Source of the DNA: Ylistrum balloti
Taxonomy: Eukaryota
DNA length: 64,000 nt
Direction: 5' to 3'
Assembly (NCBI RefSeq): GCF_031769215.1
Contig: NW_026782025.1
Location: 124,001-188,000, forward strand
Below are positions 41,001 to 53,070 of this stretch, piece by piece. The notes under the pieces were generated by a model, which saw only the letters and a list, made by a program, of their open reading frames with translations, was not told the DNA's origin and made no database searches. Position 1 is the stretch's first letter. Each line of letters opens with the position of its first letter. The translations under genes were made by a program, and so were the position numbers.

Positions 41001-44000
41001 TCTGTTAAATGTTGAGTTTTAGTATATATATATTAATGATAAATATAGAATTCTATAAAGTATACGTTAAAACCTGAAACATAAGATTTTATAAATTTGA
41101 TAAATCAAGTATATGTCAGAAGTCCATATGGTATATATCCTATGATTATTGAATGCAGTACATTTACTTTTAAGAATGTGTCCAAACATGAATTGCGAGT
41201 TCTAATTTATGAGTTATTTTGTTTTAACTGTGATAAATTATATATCGACCAAAAAAATAACGAACTCAGAATAAGTCTGTTCATTAGTTAATTATATAAT
41301 ATATTGTACTAGTTATATCCATGATTGTGCTGGTGACATATTTAATTTCATATGGTTATATATCAGTAAAGATTAGCTGATAAAAAATCTTCAACAAAGA
41401 CTCAACAGGCTAGATGAAAATTGTGCATGTTCTGTTTCTAGTATCACATGTCACATCAATTATGACGTAATCAAATGGTTGTTTAAAAATAAACACGATG
41501 AGTCTATTGAAGGATGTAAACCGCTAGTTCAAGACGGTTGTTAATGTGTCCTTATTTCTACATTTCCCTACTTACCATGGATCTGTAACATATATTCCTT
41601 TACTACTATATATGGATCGTTACCTTTGAATGGGATGAGCCATTTGGACGACATGGACTCGGTTTGTGATAGCTGTTTTGATACTAGCTGGTCAATCTTA
41701 AGACGACGGTCTGTAACGGATTTTCTAAATACCTCATCGAAATTCGGGTCTCCCCTGAAACTCAGGTACTTCTAAAAATAACAATAAACGATGCAAAATA
41801 ACGATAAGAAGTTAGAGTGTTCGAATCTCGATGTTATACATGGTATTTGTCACTCATTTGAGAACAGGGCATTATCTGGATTAAACTAATTTACATAACA
41901 GAAGACAAATTATATATAAGATGCATTGATCTTATTTTCAAAATGTTGTCAAATGTATCCTTGTAAAACTTTCCTTTGCTAACATTCTGACCTCGTTTAG
42001 TCAATTTTCAATAACGATTTTCTTCAAATGTCGTAATTTTAACTTATTGTTACATATTTCGTACTGAACTCTCTTACATATATGTGAATCTGGAATATCT
42101 GTGTCTTTCCTAACACATGCTCATAGAAATACCCATTTAAAGTATACTTTGAGCATACTTTACCTCTGTAACTAGTCCTGGCAACGAGGCTAAAAAATTC
42201 AGCAGATGGACAAGACATGGTGCCACGGTCATCCACAGAACCTGTGTGGCAGTCTTCAAGTCGGAGTAGGAATCCGTCACTACGCGAGCTATGAATTGCA
42301 GTTCCTTCGTAAATCCTTTCACGTTAATCCTTACCTATTTCAACAATAGATAAAACATGGAATTTCCTGTTAAATCTGAAAGAAGATCCTATATTCAAGA
42401 TAAAAATTATAATGACGGAGATTAAGATAACGAATATAGGCAACTAAAATTTGATAACATAGAAGGACCAGGTATAAAACCCAATTACTTCTTGTGGTAG
42501 GTTCCACTATATCGAGAGTAAATACCTTGATTGGAAGAAACTAAATAAAAATAAGCGAAAGAGAAAAGTTACAATGCTTAACTGGTTTACTACCGGTACA
42601 AATAGGTAATTTCATCCTCTTTAATCTTCTTGAATATTCTTATTTTGGTGTGTTGCATTTCTCTCACTTGTTACAAACTTTTGCGCTCTACCGAAATTTA
42701 AATCTAAATTGGAAATTGGAAGACATTAAGATATTTCTTATTTTTTTTCTGGATTACATTAAACTAAAACAAATGAAAATAAACCAGCATTAACACCAAT
42801 AATACAAATGTAATTGCAACAGATTAAAAAACAGATATATTTTGAAATTTGAAAAATGAAAAATAATGGATATTCAACCAGGAGTTGAAATTTTTTGATT
42901 TCTTCAAGACAAACTCGCAATTCATATTAGACTTGGCATAATACTGCTATCCAATAAGTACCACTGTACATTTCATATCCGTTTAGAAACCGATTTTAGG
43001 ATATTGTGCAAAACACACTCAAGCAAATAACACCTTTCAATTGGACTTAGTCAGTGATGCTAAGGGCCTAAATTTTGAACCTAGAGGGGACCTGAGGAAA
43101 AAACAAATTTGATCGAAAGGCATGTCAAAATCTAGATGAAAAAGTGAACTAGCCTCATAATTGAATATATTTCTTACTTTTCCTATATGTGGTATTTTCT
43201 ATTGACTATCTGAAGAGAGTGAAGAAATTTCAAACCATTACCTCCTTTCCGAGCTGTATGAGGACACCTTGTTGCCAGACATAGCTGTATTGTGTGAATG
43301 GTCTGGTCAAATTTAAGCACAAAGCTAGTATCCTAAGTACTATACCCAATGGTATGGCACATTTACAGCAGAAGTGGACCGAGATCTGGAAGTCTCCCTT
43401 GTGTGGGTTCTCTGACCAATGCAAGCTCTAAGGACATCATAAAGTGTCGCAAAACACATTGAATAGTGACCAGATTATGAAATTACATGGAAGTTTTATC
43501 ACAAAAACAATCGTATCTGTGAATCTACCAAACGCTTATTAAATTGCACTGCTCATAAAAATTAATCACTACTATACAAATGATGCCGTGATCTGTCATT
43601 GCAGATTGTTGTTTTTGAACATGATTTATTTGCAAAATAATAAAAAAAGAGTTTACGCCTAAAGATAAAAAATCTATTTACGTAACACTATGCAATTGTA
43701 AATATTTACGAAATACGCATTTAAAGAAAACATTAATTTCTGACTGGATGCATTTACATACCATAAAACATTATTTATAATACTGAAGACTTGATTTACC
43801 GGTTTAGTCTCCGGGAGTTTGTTCATAAGCATGATTTGTCGCATGCTTGTACCGGACAGATAAGTAAAGAACGGCATGTCCAGCTCTGGGGTCGGGTCAA
43901 TGGCCTGTCCTTGGGTGTTCGCGTGGCAGATTAGTCCAAGACTCTCCATCACACCCAATGCCAGTGTTATCTGGTCCATACGGATGTACGGCGTCTAGAA

Positions 44001-44224
44001 ACAGAATTTTAACAATGTGCTAATGTTTCATGCAATTTTATCAGTTTTTTTCTATAGAAACATATATGATTACAAAAAAAGAGAACATATTCTAGTTGAT
44101 TAATTTATATTTAATTCTCATAATTACCATACAAATGCTGAGAATCAATTCGTAAATTGATCTATGCGGCTAGGTAGAGAACTATAATGTATTAAAATAT
44201 ATAGGTATACATAAGATGATTTTG

Positions 44225-44264
<40 letters not shown>

Positions 44265-47200
44265 CCGTTTGGTAAATGATCAATTAAAAACAACCTACAT
44301 TCCATAGCAGAGGTAGAAAAGATTCAGGAACCATTCCGCTGGTCTGGAGATTTTCAAGCACTCCTGCAACGACGGTCGGATTCGGCGGTGTCCGGTTCAT
44401 GTTTGAAGGCCAGAACTTACCAGCCTCCAAGCGAAACACATGCCCTCCAGCGTCGAGATGGGACCGCAACATGAGGTTAGAAAAGGCAAGAGGGTCGACA
44501 CAAAAAACTGTGGTCGCCTCATCTTGCGTCGTGATGTGGAACTCTCGAACATAGTCCTAGCAAGTTAAGAAGATTTAATCAGGTATATTCGTACGGTTTG
44601 ATCGTAGGATCAATATCTATTTTAGGATCATATTTAAACAGATTGTCTCTGTTACACTCTGCTAGTGAATTATAATTCTTTTTCAATCCACGAATCAAAA
44701 GAAAACCATGTTCTAAAAATAGAAAGAAAGAAAAATAAATAAAATACCAGCATTTTGTTTTAACATTTTCAAAGACCTATCTTCAAGCAAAAAACCCTTT
44801 CAGTAATTTGTAGTTGGTATCATGAAAACGTAATACAATCGATATATGCAGTGATTTGTAGCTAAATCAAATCATTCTATAATGATGCGAAACGGTTACC
44901 TTCTTCAGCAGATAGTTCAAAGCTTGTTCAGTAAAGTTGCAATAAGAGTATGGTAATTGTTCTTTTGTCACAAAAATAAGATGTTCCTTGTTCTTTTTGT
45001 GGATATACTGAAAAGTCTGTAGGAGACGTGGTTTGATAGATAAGTCGTAACCAACGTCGGAACAGATCCAAGAGGCACATGCGAGGAGTGACTTTCTCAA
45101 CTGCTGGAGCATCTGGTAAGATATCACATTACTTTTTGTTTACATAAATGCGAAAAATGTTGACAGCTGTGATACCAGGCCAACCTAAATGTACATATAG
45201 TACGGAAAGTACCTTTTCAGGTTTATATGGTATTCTAAGTAAATCAGACTTGAATATTCAGAAATGAAAGATGCATAATGATAAGGAGACCATTAGTATC
45301 GGTTAATGAATTAGTTATGAATGAAATATATATACTTTTATATTTTACAGCAGTAAAATGTCGTCTATCACTCTGATCACTGAAAGTACAACGTCTAGAT
45401 CTGTGCCAAACATTTAGACTCGGCAACATAAAAATCGTTAAGCTTAGCTTTGTATTTAGCAACGCTGACGGTTTGCTTGGTTTCGTGCTTAGCAACACAA
45501 ACGTTTTGCTAAAGAGAAGAGGAAACGTAACATCATTCAAAAGATAAATGATAACATCTCGTGAAATATCAAGATCCCAATAAATATTTTAACACACCAT
45601 TTTAGTATAAGACAGTAGATATACACTGACGTCATCAACGTTTTACAACAGTATCGTTAATATCAATGAGCCTATTACATCCTACATGCATAAAAAAACT
45701 TACACCAGTGAAAATTTTTGTTATTTCTTATTTATGCAGAGTAAATAAAATTACAACACTATCAAAAAGATACTTTCAGGAAATTATACACCTGAAGTTG
45801 TCTGATAGCCACCAAAACGTCACATATAACAATTTATAATTTTTATTTAAGTATTTCAAGGCATGTTTGTTTTACTCACAACCATCAAAAATACATATAC
45901 TCAATTTATTTCATTTACCCAAATATCACTAAGAAAATTGGTTACATTTAGGTTGTTAAATATTATCTATAGAAGTGTAATGGAAGGGGTTCAAGTAAAC
46001 AACTACAGCAGAAAAAGAGTAAAAGAAAACAAGTACCTGAGTGTCAGTAGAGTTAAAAGGATGAACAAGTAACGAAAAGTTATTTTCTGTTATAGCTGGT
46101 TGCTTTGCTTCATCACCAGTTACTTCTTCACTTGAGGCTAATCTGTAAGATGGAGAACATGAAATGTTACTAAGGAGGGGATGGGTAGCATGATACCATA
46201 ATATAACTTCGGGTAGCAGTACATTGTATCAAGGTAACGGATTTGTCCCCTTGATGATATAAATGACATGTCATGTATCAATCATGTTGTGTCAAGCTAT
46301 CCTCAGACATGATTTTTTTTGTAGACAAGATTGTAGATATAAGCATGTTTTCCTCTATATTATAAATTTATATTCAACATGGTTTCTTCTTCTTCTTCTC
46401 CATCTACGTATCTCATAAAAATATTACTACAGGGTTTTCTCATCCTCATTATTATATACTTATGGCATTGAGTTGCACTTTTTATCCCACTGACATGATC
46501 AAAACCTGATCAGCGACATTACGTAGTAGTATTATACATTATTAACATATTACGAGAAGTGCAGGGTAATCCTCTGGTGTGCATACTCCTGGCTTAGCGC
46601 TATATCTCTACGTATCTTTTGACAGGTAAAACTGCCATGACAGTTCTTTCTGATAAACTATTTGAAGAAATATTTTCTTAGTAGTACCACAAAGTTATAC
46701 TTCTATGTCTGCTGGTAAAAATTCAGTAGCCTATTGCAAGGTCTGTTTTCTTGGTAGCAATCAAAGTATAACAGTGCGTGACAGTAATTCACTAACCTAT
46801 CACAGAACGTGTTCTCCTGAAAGTGATTAACTGACATATCTAAAAAGAAAAAAAGCATAGTCTTCTGACATCAATTCGCTAAACGATTATAGGACGTGTT
46901 TTCCTGAAAGTAATTTACTTTCCAATACGGGACGAATTCTTCTTGACAGTAATTCCACTTACAAATCGCAAAACATGTTCTGCTGGTAGCATTTCGCTGA
47001 CATTATACCAGACGCGTTCTCCTGTCAGTAATCCAATTACAAATGGCAGAACGTGATCTGCTGGTAGCATTTCTATGACTTTAAACAGGATGTGTTCTCC
47101 TGACAGTAATCCACTTATAAATGGCAGAACGTGATCTGCTGGTAGCATTTCTATGACTTTAAACAGGATGTGTTCTCCTGACAGTAATCCACTTATAAAT

Positions 47201-50200
47201 GGCAGAACGTGATCTGCTGGTAGCATTTCTATGACTTTAAACAGGATGTGTTCTCCTGACAGTAATCCACTTATAAATGGCAGAACGTGATCTGCTGGTA
47301 GCATTTCTATGACTTTAAACAGGATGTGTTCTCCTGACAGTAATCCACTTATAAATGGCAGAACGTGATCTGCTGGTAGCATTTCTATGACTTTAAACAG
47401 GATGTGTTCTCCTGACAGTAATCCACTTATAAATCGTAGAACGTGATTTGTTAGCAGCTTTTCCACGAACTTATACAGGACCGGTAACCTATAACAGAAC
47501 ATTTTCGTTTTGCAGTAATTTACCAACCTTTTACAGAACGTGCTTACCTGAAAGTAATGAACCAAGCTATCACCGAGCATGTTCTCCTGAAAATGATTAT
47601 TTAACCTAATATTTAACCTGCCTTTTTGGTCCCCTGACGGCATTTCACTTATACATCACGGGGCATTTATTACAGTACTCGATCTCCTGGCGTTAGTTCA
47701 CAGGGGGTGTACTTATGGGAGAAATTCACCAACCTACAAGTTCCCCTGGTAGTAATTTTATCACAGGACTTGTCTTCAGAGTAGTAATTCACTTACCTAT
47801 CACAGGATGTGTTTTCCTGGGAGTACTGGCCGACAACCTCGTTCCATCTATCCTTTATACGACGACAAATGTCACCGATGTTAATTTTTTGACACGAAGG
47901 TAAGTTAGTTTTGGTTAGTATTGCAATGATGTGTGGTTTGTGAATCTGAAAAAATAAGAATATTCAATATCAACAAAGAAATATTGATATCATTCTAAAT
48001 CAACTATTGAAAAACAACCTCTCAATGTTATGTAATTCTATGTCAACTAATCAATATTGTTATAATTTTGTATCAATCAATCAATATTATTATAATTCCA
48101 TACCAGTCAAACAATATCACTATAAGTTCATATCAACTAATCAATACTATATAATTTCAGGTCGACCAATCACTACTGCTGTCAGCATGCTTTAAATGGC
48201 CTTATTCAACATGTTTTCATTGAAGTTACTAGTGTTTTAGAAGCCTAAAAAAAGTATGTAAAATGTGGTTGGAAATTTATATCTGATGTGCAATAGTTCT
48301 AATTTTTCTAACTTAAAATGGGTTACACAGCCACCCTAACACTAACATACCGAGCAAGAAAATAGTTAAAGCATCTGAAATAAATAATATATTATCACTA
48401 AAAGAAGTGTCATAAATTATCAAATGTATTGTTAACGATACAAAAAGTAGCAGAAAATATATGACAGACCCATTAACAAATGAAAATCTAAGGGACACCG
48501 ACTTTGGGGGAAAAGCAAGGAAAAAAGACACAACAGATAATGAACAGAAAAAGTTTGATGTTTTACGATCAGGAGATGCGAAGTTTTGCTAGAGGTCATA
48601 TTAGATCGTCATGCTAATTTAAGTGTGATTTTTCCAAGACAGCTTCACTTACCTTATACATTATATACCTGCAGATGTCTAAGACTTCCACATCAGGATC
48701 CTGCGTGTCGGCTGTTACCAGAACGAGGTAGATTGCGGGTTCTGTCAGTAAGACGGGGTAGAGTGCTCGCAATAACTAAAGGAATAATGTAAAAAGAAGA
48801 CGTGTGTAAATCATAACTATGGAAATATATATAAAAAAAATCACCAATTGACTTAATGAAGCTCTTAAGGTTGACCTACCTGTCAAGATTTCTAATTTGA
48901 AATAATTGAAATCAGGCTATGATTTTACATCTTTTGAGAAAAGAAATGATAGGACATGAATTTAGACTCACCCGCCATACCGTAGGACTGAATAAGCTCT
49001 ACCACCAAAGAGAGATTACAGAATTGACTAATATTCATGCAAAACGCATTCCACCGAAATAATTTTACATCGATTATTATATAATTCTTGAAGAAGTATG
49101 CCAAACGATCGATTGAAACATAGCTCACTAAAACCATGGTGAGTTCCATGCAGGTATTGATTGTAATTGGTCAAAAGATCATTTACAATGCTTTAACTGC
49201 TCAATAAGCAGGAAGCAAAGGTCGTCCAGAAATTCAAATTTAAATTTTTGAAAAATATTTGCTATACTTTATTGTGAAGCAGTTTGTCTTTGTGTTTAAT
49301 ACAGTAGGTTATCAAATGTATTAACCATGTTAGTATTTAAATCTTAAAAATATAACTTATTTCATGCATTAAAGCACAATTAAATGTCGTCGATGGTAGC
49401 TACTCTGGTACAATACAGAAAAGAATGAGTCTGTGAAAAGGGTACAATATAACACGATAAACAATTATATTTTCTTCTGTTTTGTTAATTGTAACCGATT
49501 TCATGATGTGACCTGAAAGTGGTTTCGTCTTGAAATAGAAGAACTGGATCAATAGGTCATCAGCTATATATAGTTAAGTCATTAATGCCATTAGTGATTG
49601 TTCTGTTTTAATTGGTATTACATCGATGTTTCCACCATGACACGCCACAGGGAGTCGTGCAATGCTGTGAAATAGACACATGAAATGATTAGATCAACCC
49701 ATTCCTTACAGGACTGGTTATCAATGCGACGACCTTATTAGACTTAAAAAATAAACACTGACATATTGGACAGGTCCGTACATACTTTACTACCTGGAAG
49801 TTCCCACATGTCCATGTGAAGCTCTGCACCCAATCTCTCCTCTGTAAACAAAACACGACACGTTCAATATCACATATTTGCTTATCTGCTCACATAACGT
49901 TTGAGAAAAGCTAAATCTAGGTTAAAATAGGATGTTAAACAACCGGTAGCAAACATACAATGTGCAAACCAGGCAGAGAGGCTGGGAAATCTTATACCAC
50001 AAGATGTCGACGCCCATGGGGGTATTGACATATCTTCGTTAATTAGTTTTTGTATCATCATAAGATCATATAGCATGTGGGCATCAGATTCTAACAAACC
50101 ACAGAGGTCAGACGACAAATACACAACAGATCCGTCTCACCTTTGGAGGTATCTGTGAAGAGTCGGCCTGTGTACACAGAAATGTCCCCACGATCTGATG

Positions 50201-53070
50201 GTGCATTCATTTGATCAAGGAGGAGGTTGATGACAGTGGTCTTGCCGTGCCCACGTCCTCCCATCACGTAAACACGAGTCCTGATAAAGTTAATCGAGAA
50301 CATATACACATTCTTCTGATAAATAAAGTCTTCAATAAAACTTTAAATTGCCTTTTCCAATTATTCATATCCTGCCTTATAAAATTGTTAATGAACTCAG
50401 CATTTAATGAGGATTTGGCTCAACATCCGGCATACCACATTTAACATTCAGAAATAGAATCAACACACCAAACTGGAATGTTTTGCAATTCGACATACGA
50501 CATTCAACACGTTGTATTTGAATGATGTACAAGTGAATATTCACATAGACGCCTATCCAAACAGATGAAATAATACTTAAAAGTATATTTTATTTAGATG
50601 GTAAATATTCTTCTCTTACCGTCTTCAACCATTCTAATCAGAACGAACTGAACGTCATGTTTCGATTGATTTATCAAAGAATGAATTTAATCATGATAAA
50701 GGATTTCTTTTAATTTAAAACGTCAAATTTTATTTTTTTTCCATTTAAAATATCTATATAGCATGCTGTTATGACATTAAATACATATAAGACTCGTATG
50801 TAAACGTGGTACAATAAAACTCGAAAATAAGACACGTTTTATTTTCTTTGTTAGTAACAAATACAGGCTGATCAAAGTAGGGAACTATATGTTTATTTTC
50901 ATTGTACGCTTATATTGACATCGGTCTTTCCGAGTACTTATGGAATTATATTACAGACAACAACAGCTTTTAGTTTGTAATTTCCATATAACAGACCCAT
51001 GTTATAATGAACTCGTTTTTTCAGACTTCAGTTATTTTGTTGTTGTATTATACCCTGTTTACATATGTAAATTTCATAAAATTGTTTTATATCATAAACA
51101 CTTGGTATTTGTTAACTTATATATTATCAATAAATCGTGGTAATTTGGTATAATCTGTACCTTTTGCAATCTTCTACTTCCATCATTACAGAGTAAGATG
51201 ACGAAAATCACTCCTGATATAACTCACATATCGTTGTAGTAACAGAGAGAACTAATAGAACACTTCCGTATACACTCACTGTTACAGTTATGTCAGAGAA
51301 GTATATGTGTTTTAACAACGGTGATTTAATAATAAACCGATAGTACACAGTGGAATATTTGATCTGTTCTTTTGTTCATACTTTGAGTGATCAAAAATAT
51401 CTTATTCAGTTGAACATTGCGTGGCATAGTAAACTTATAAAGTCAGTACCAAAGACAAGTGTCGTAAATTGCCTTAAAGGTAAGATCAACGCACACATCA
51501 AAGCGTCTACCTCAGATCCAAACGACCATTCATGATTTCAGACATTGTCATTATCAAATGATCTGAACACATCTTTGTTAGTTAAATTGCGTACATATTC
51601 TGTTCTTTGGCAGTGTGATCCCCGCATAGTAATAACAAACCCCGTGTTAACACTACTCCTACCAATACAAACGAATGGTTGCACTGACAATAACACTGTT
51701 CCTCGTAATTTGATACCATGGTTACGCTGACTGTCCCTCGTAATTTGATACCATGGTTACACTGACAATAACACTGTTCCTCGTAATTCGATACCATGGT
51801 TACACTGACAATAACACTGTTCCTCGTAATTTGATACCATGGTTACACTGACAATAACACTGTTCCTCGTAATTTGATACCATGGTTACACTGACAATAA
51901 CACTGTTCCTCGTAATTTGATACCATGGTTACACTGACAATAACACTGTTCCTCGTAATTTGATACCATGGTTACACTGACAATAACACTGTTCCTCGTA
52001 ATTTGATACCATGGTTACACTGACAATAACACTGTTCCTCGTAATTTGATACCATGGTTACACTGACAATAACACTGTTCCTCGTAATTTGATACCATGG
52101 TTACACTGACAATAACACTGTTCCTCGTAATTTGATACCATGGTTACACTGACAATAACACTGTTCCTCGTAATTTGATACCATGGTTACACTGACAATA
52201 ACACTGTCCCTCGTAATTTGATATCATGGTTAAATGGACTATAACGAGGTTATATCAACAATAAATATGCTTATCGTAGGTATTTTCCGTGATGCCATTG
52301 TGAAAAACATTGTTCCATGGTTACACTGACAAAAACATTGTTCCATGGTTACACTGACAAAAACATTGTTCCATGGTTATTCAGTGACAAAGTCACTGTG
52401 TCGTGGTAACACTGACCAAATCATTTTGTGGTGGTAACATTGCCAAAATCACTGTGCCGTGGTAACATTGCCAAAATCACTGTGCCGTGGTAACACTGAC
52501 AAAACACTTTTCCATGGTTTCAATCATTGTTTTCATCCATTGTTGTATACTGATTCCGGTAATTTGAAATGATGGTTACTCAGCTTCCTGCCAGGTCGAT
52601 GGCACCATACACTTGCAAACAATTGCCTTCAAATACAATGCAAACAGAACAGTCTGTTTCTTACCCTCCGGTCAAAACCGGTTTTAGTCTACTGATAGAT
52701 TTCTTAACTCAATTGATAATCCTGGAAACCTCTTACATGATTTGTGACCTATAACTCAACTTCGGCTCAGTTGACGACAGTAGCACCAAGCTACGTGCTT
52801 GTCTGTCAAGCCCAATATTCGAAAGGGGCATTGCACGAAACTGCGTATTGACGTGAATGCACCGGATTACACAGTGCTTCTGTCCAGTGCTAAGTGGCAC
52901 ATCACACCACTGTTAGACTGTAATATCCTCTTATCATTTATCAAATGATTACGCACCTGTCCCTTCACAATATCGACGCAATCGATTGGCAGATCACGGG
53001 CCCGGACAGACAATGTCTTTGACCACGTCACGCAATGACTAATTAAATCTCGGTGCACCTGTTCCATCAT
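38094..53070 (-). CDS. Roc-COR (Roco-type) P-loop protein with C-terminal CaaL motif, about 910 aa
   Basis: complement join(52957-53070,52749-52909,50141-50280,49786-49841,48653-48775,47797-47945,46037-46142,44900-45112,44299-44556,43800-43994,43242-43427,42164-42334,41576-41771,40212-40375,38479-38799,38094-38273) = 2733 nt, all GT-AG, phase-consistent, no internal stop. Roc-like: RVYVMGGRGHGKTTVINLL, MDMWELPG, LYPVLLTEPAIYLVLV, PHIIAILTKTN, MLQQLRKSLL. COR-like: TVFCVDPLAFSNLM, GMVPESFLPLLW, LGVMESLGLIC, IPLGIVLRILALC, YVWQQGVLI, LASLPGL. The first exon and true N-terminus are uncertain. Confidence 0.8.
38390..38452. repeat. Imperfect (CT)n microsatellite in the last intron of the Roco gene
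   Basis: Directly visible. Confidence 0.95.
44226..44264. repeat. Poly-T tract
   Basis: Directly visible, about 38 T. Confidence 0.9.
46720..47830. repeat. 39-bp minisatellite with homogenised 78-bp higher-order dimer (5 identical copies, 47047-47436)
   Basis: CAGAACGTGATCTGCTGG at 47047, 47125, 47203, 47281 and 47359. Each 78-mer is two diverged 39-mers; degenerate 39-mers flank both sides. Confidence 0.95.
48042..48175. repeat. Degenerate approximately 30-bp tandem repeat, 4-5 copies
   Basis: Reiterated TCAACTAATCAATATTGTTATAATTTTGTA-like units. Confidence 0.7.
51682..52232. repeat. 43-bp tandem repeat, about 12-13 copies
   Basis: Unit TTACACTGACAATAACACTGTTCCTCGTAATTTGATACCATGG; CCATGG spaced 43 bp apart (e.g. 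51794, 51837). Confidence 0.97.
52300..52520. repeat. 28-bp tandem repeat related to the 43-bp unit
   Basis: AAAAACATTGTTCCATGGTTACACTGAC repeats, followed by diverged GTGGTAACATTGCCAAAATCACTGTGCC copies. Confidence 0.85.

Noticed and set aside
41576-41582. Apparent 7-nt micro-exon after a 41-nt intron
   Set aside because: The upstream exon reads through without a stop (KGNDPYIVVKEYMLQIH) to the perfect GTAAGT donor, which is simpler.
45244-45540. Candidate extra Roco exon with a good acceptor
   Set aside because: The phase-0 frame hits a stop (AQI*), and exons 46037-46142 and 44900-45112 join in frame without it.
46915-47643. 242-aa ORF with 26-aa repeats (FISGLLSGEHILFKVIEMLPADHVLP)
   Set aside because: It is the only stop-free frame of the 78-bp satellite and breaks in the flanking monomers. 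Its one strong donor (46962) is phase 0, whereas the flanking Roco exons join directly in phase 2.
51682-52232. CRISPR-like regular repeat
   Set aside because: The units are head-to-tail with no unique spacers, the context is eukaryotic intron, and no cas genes are present.
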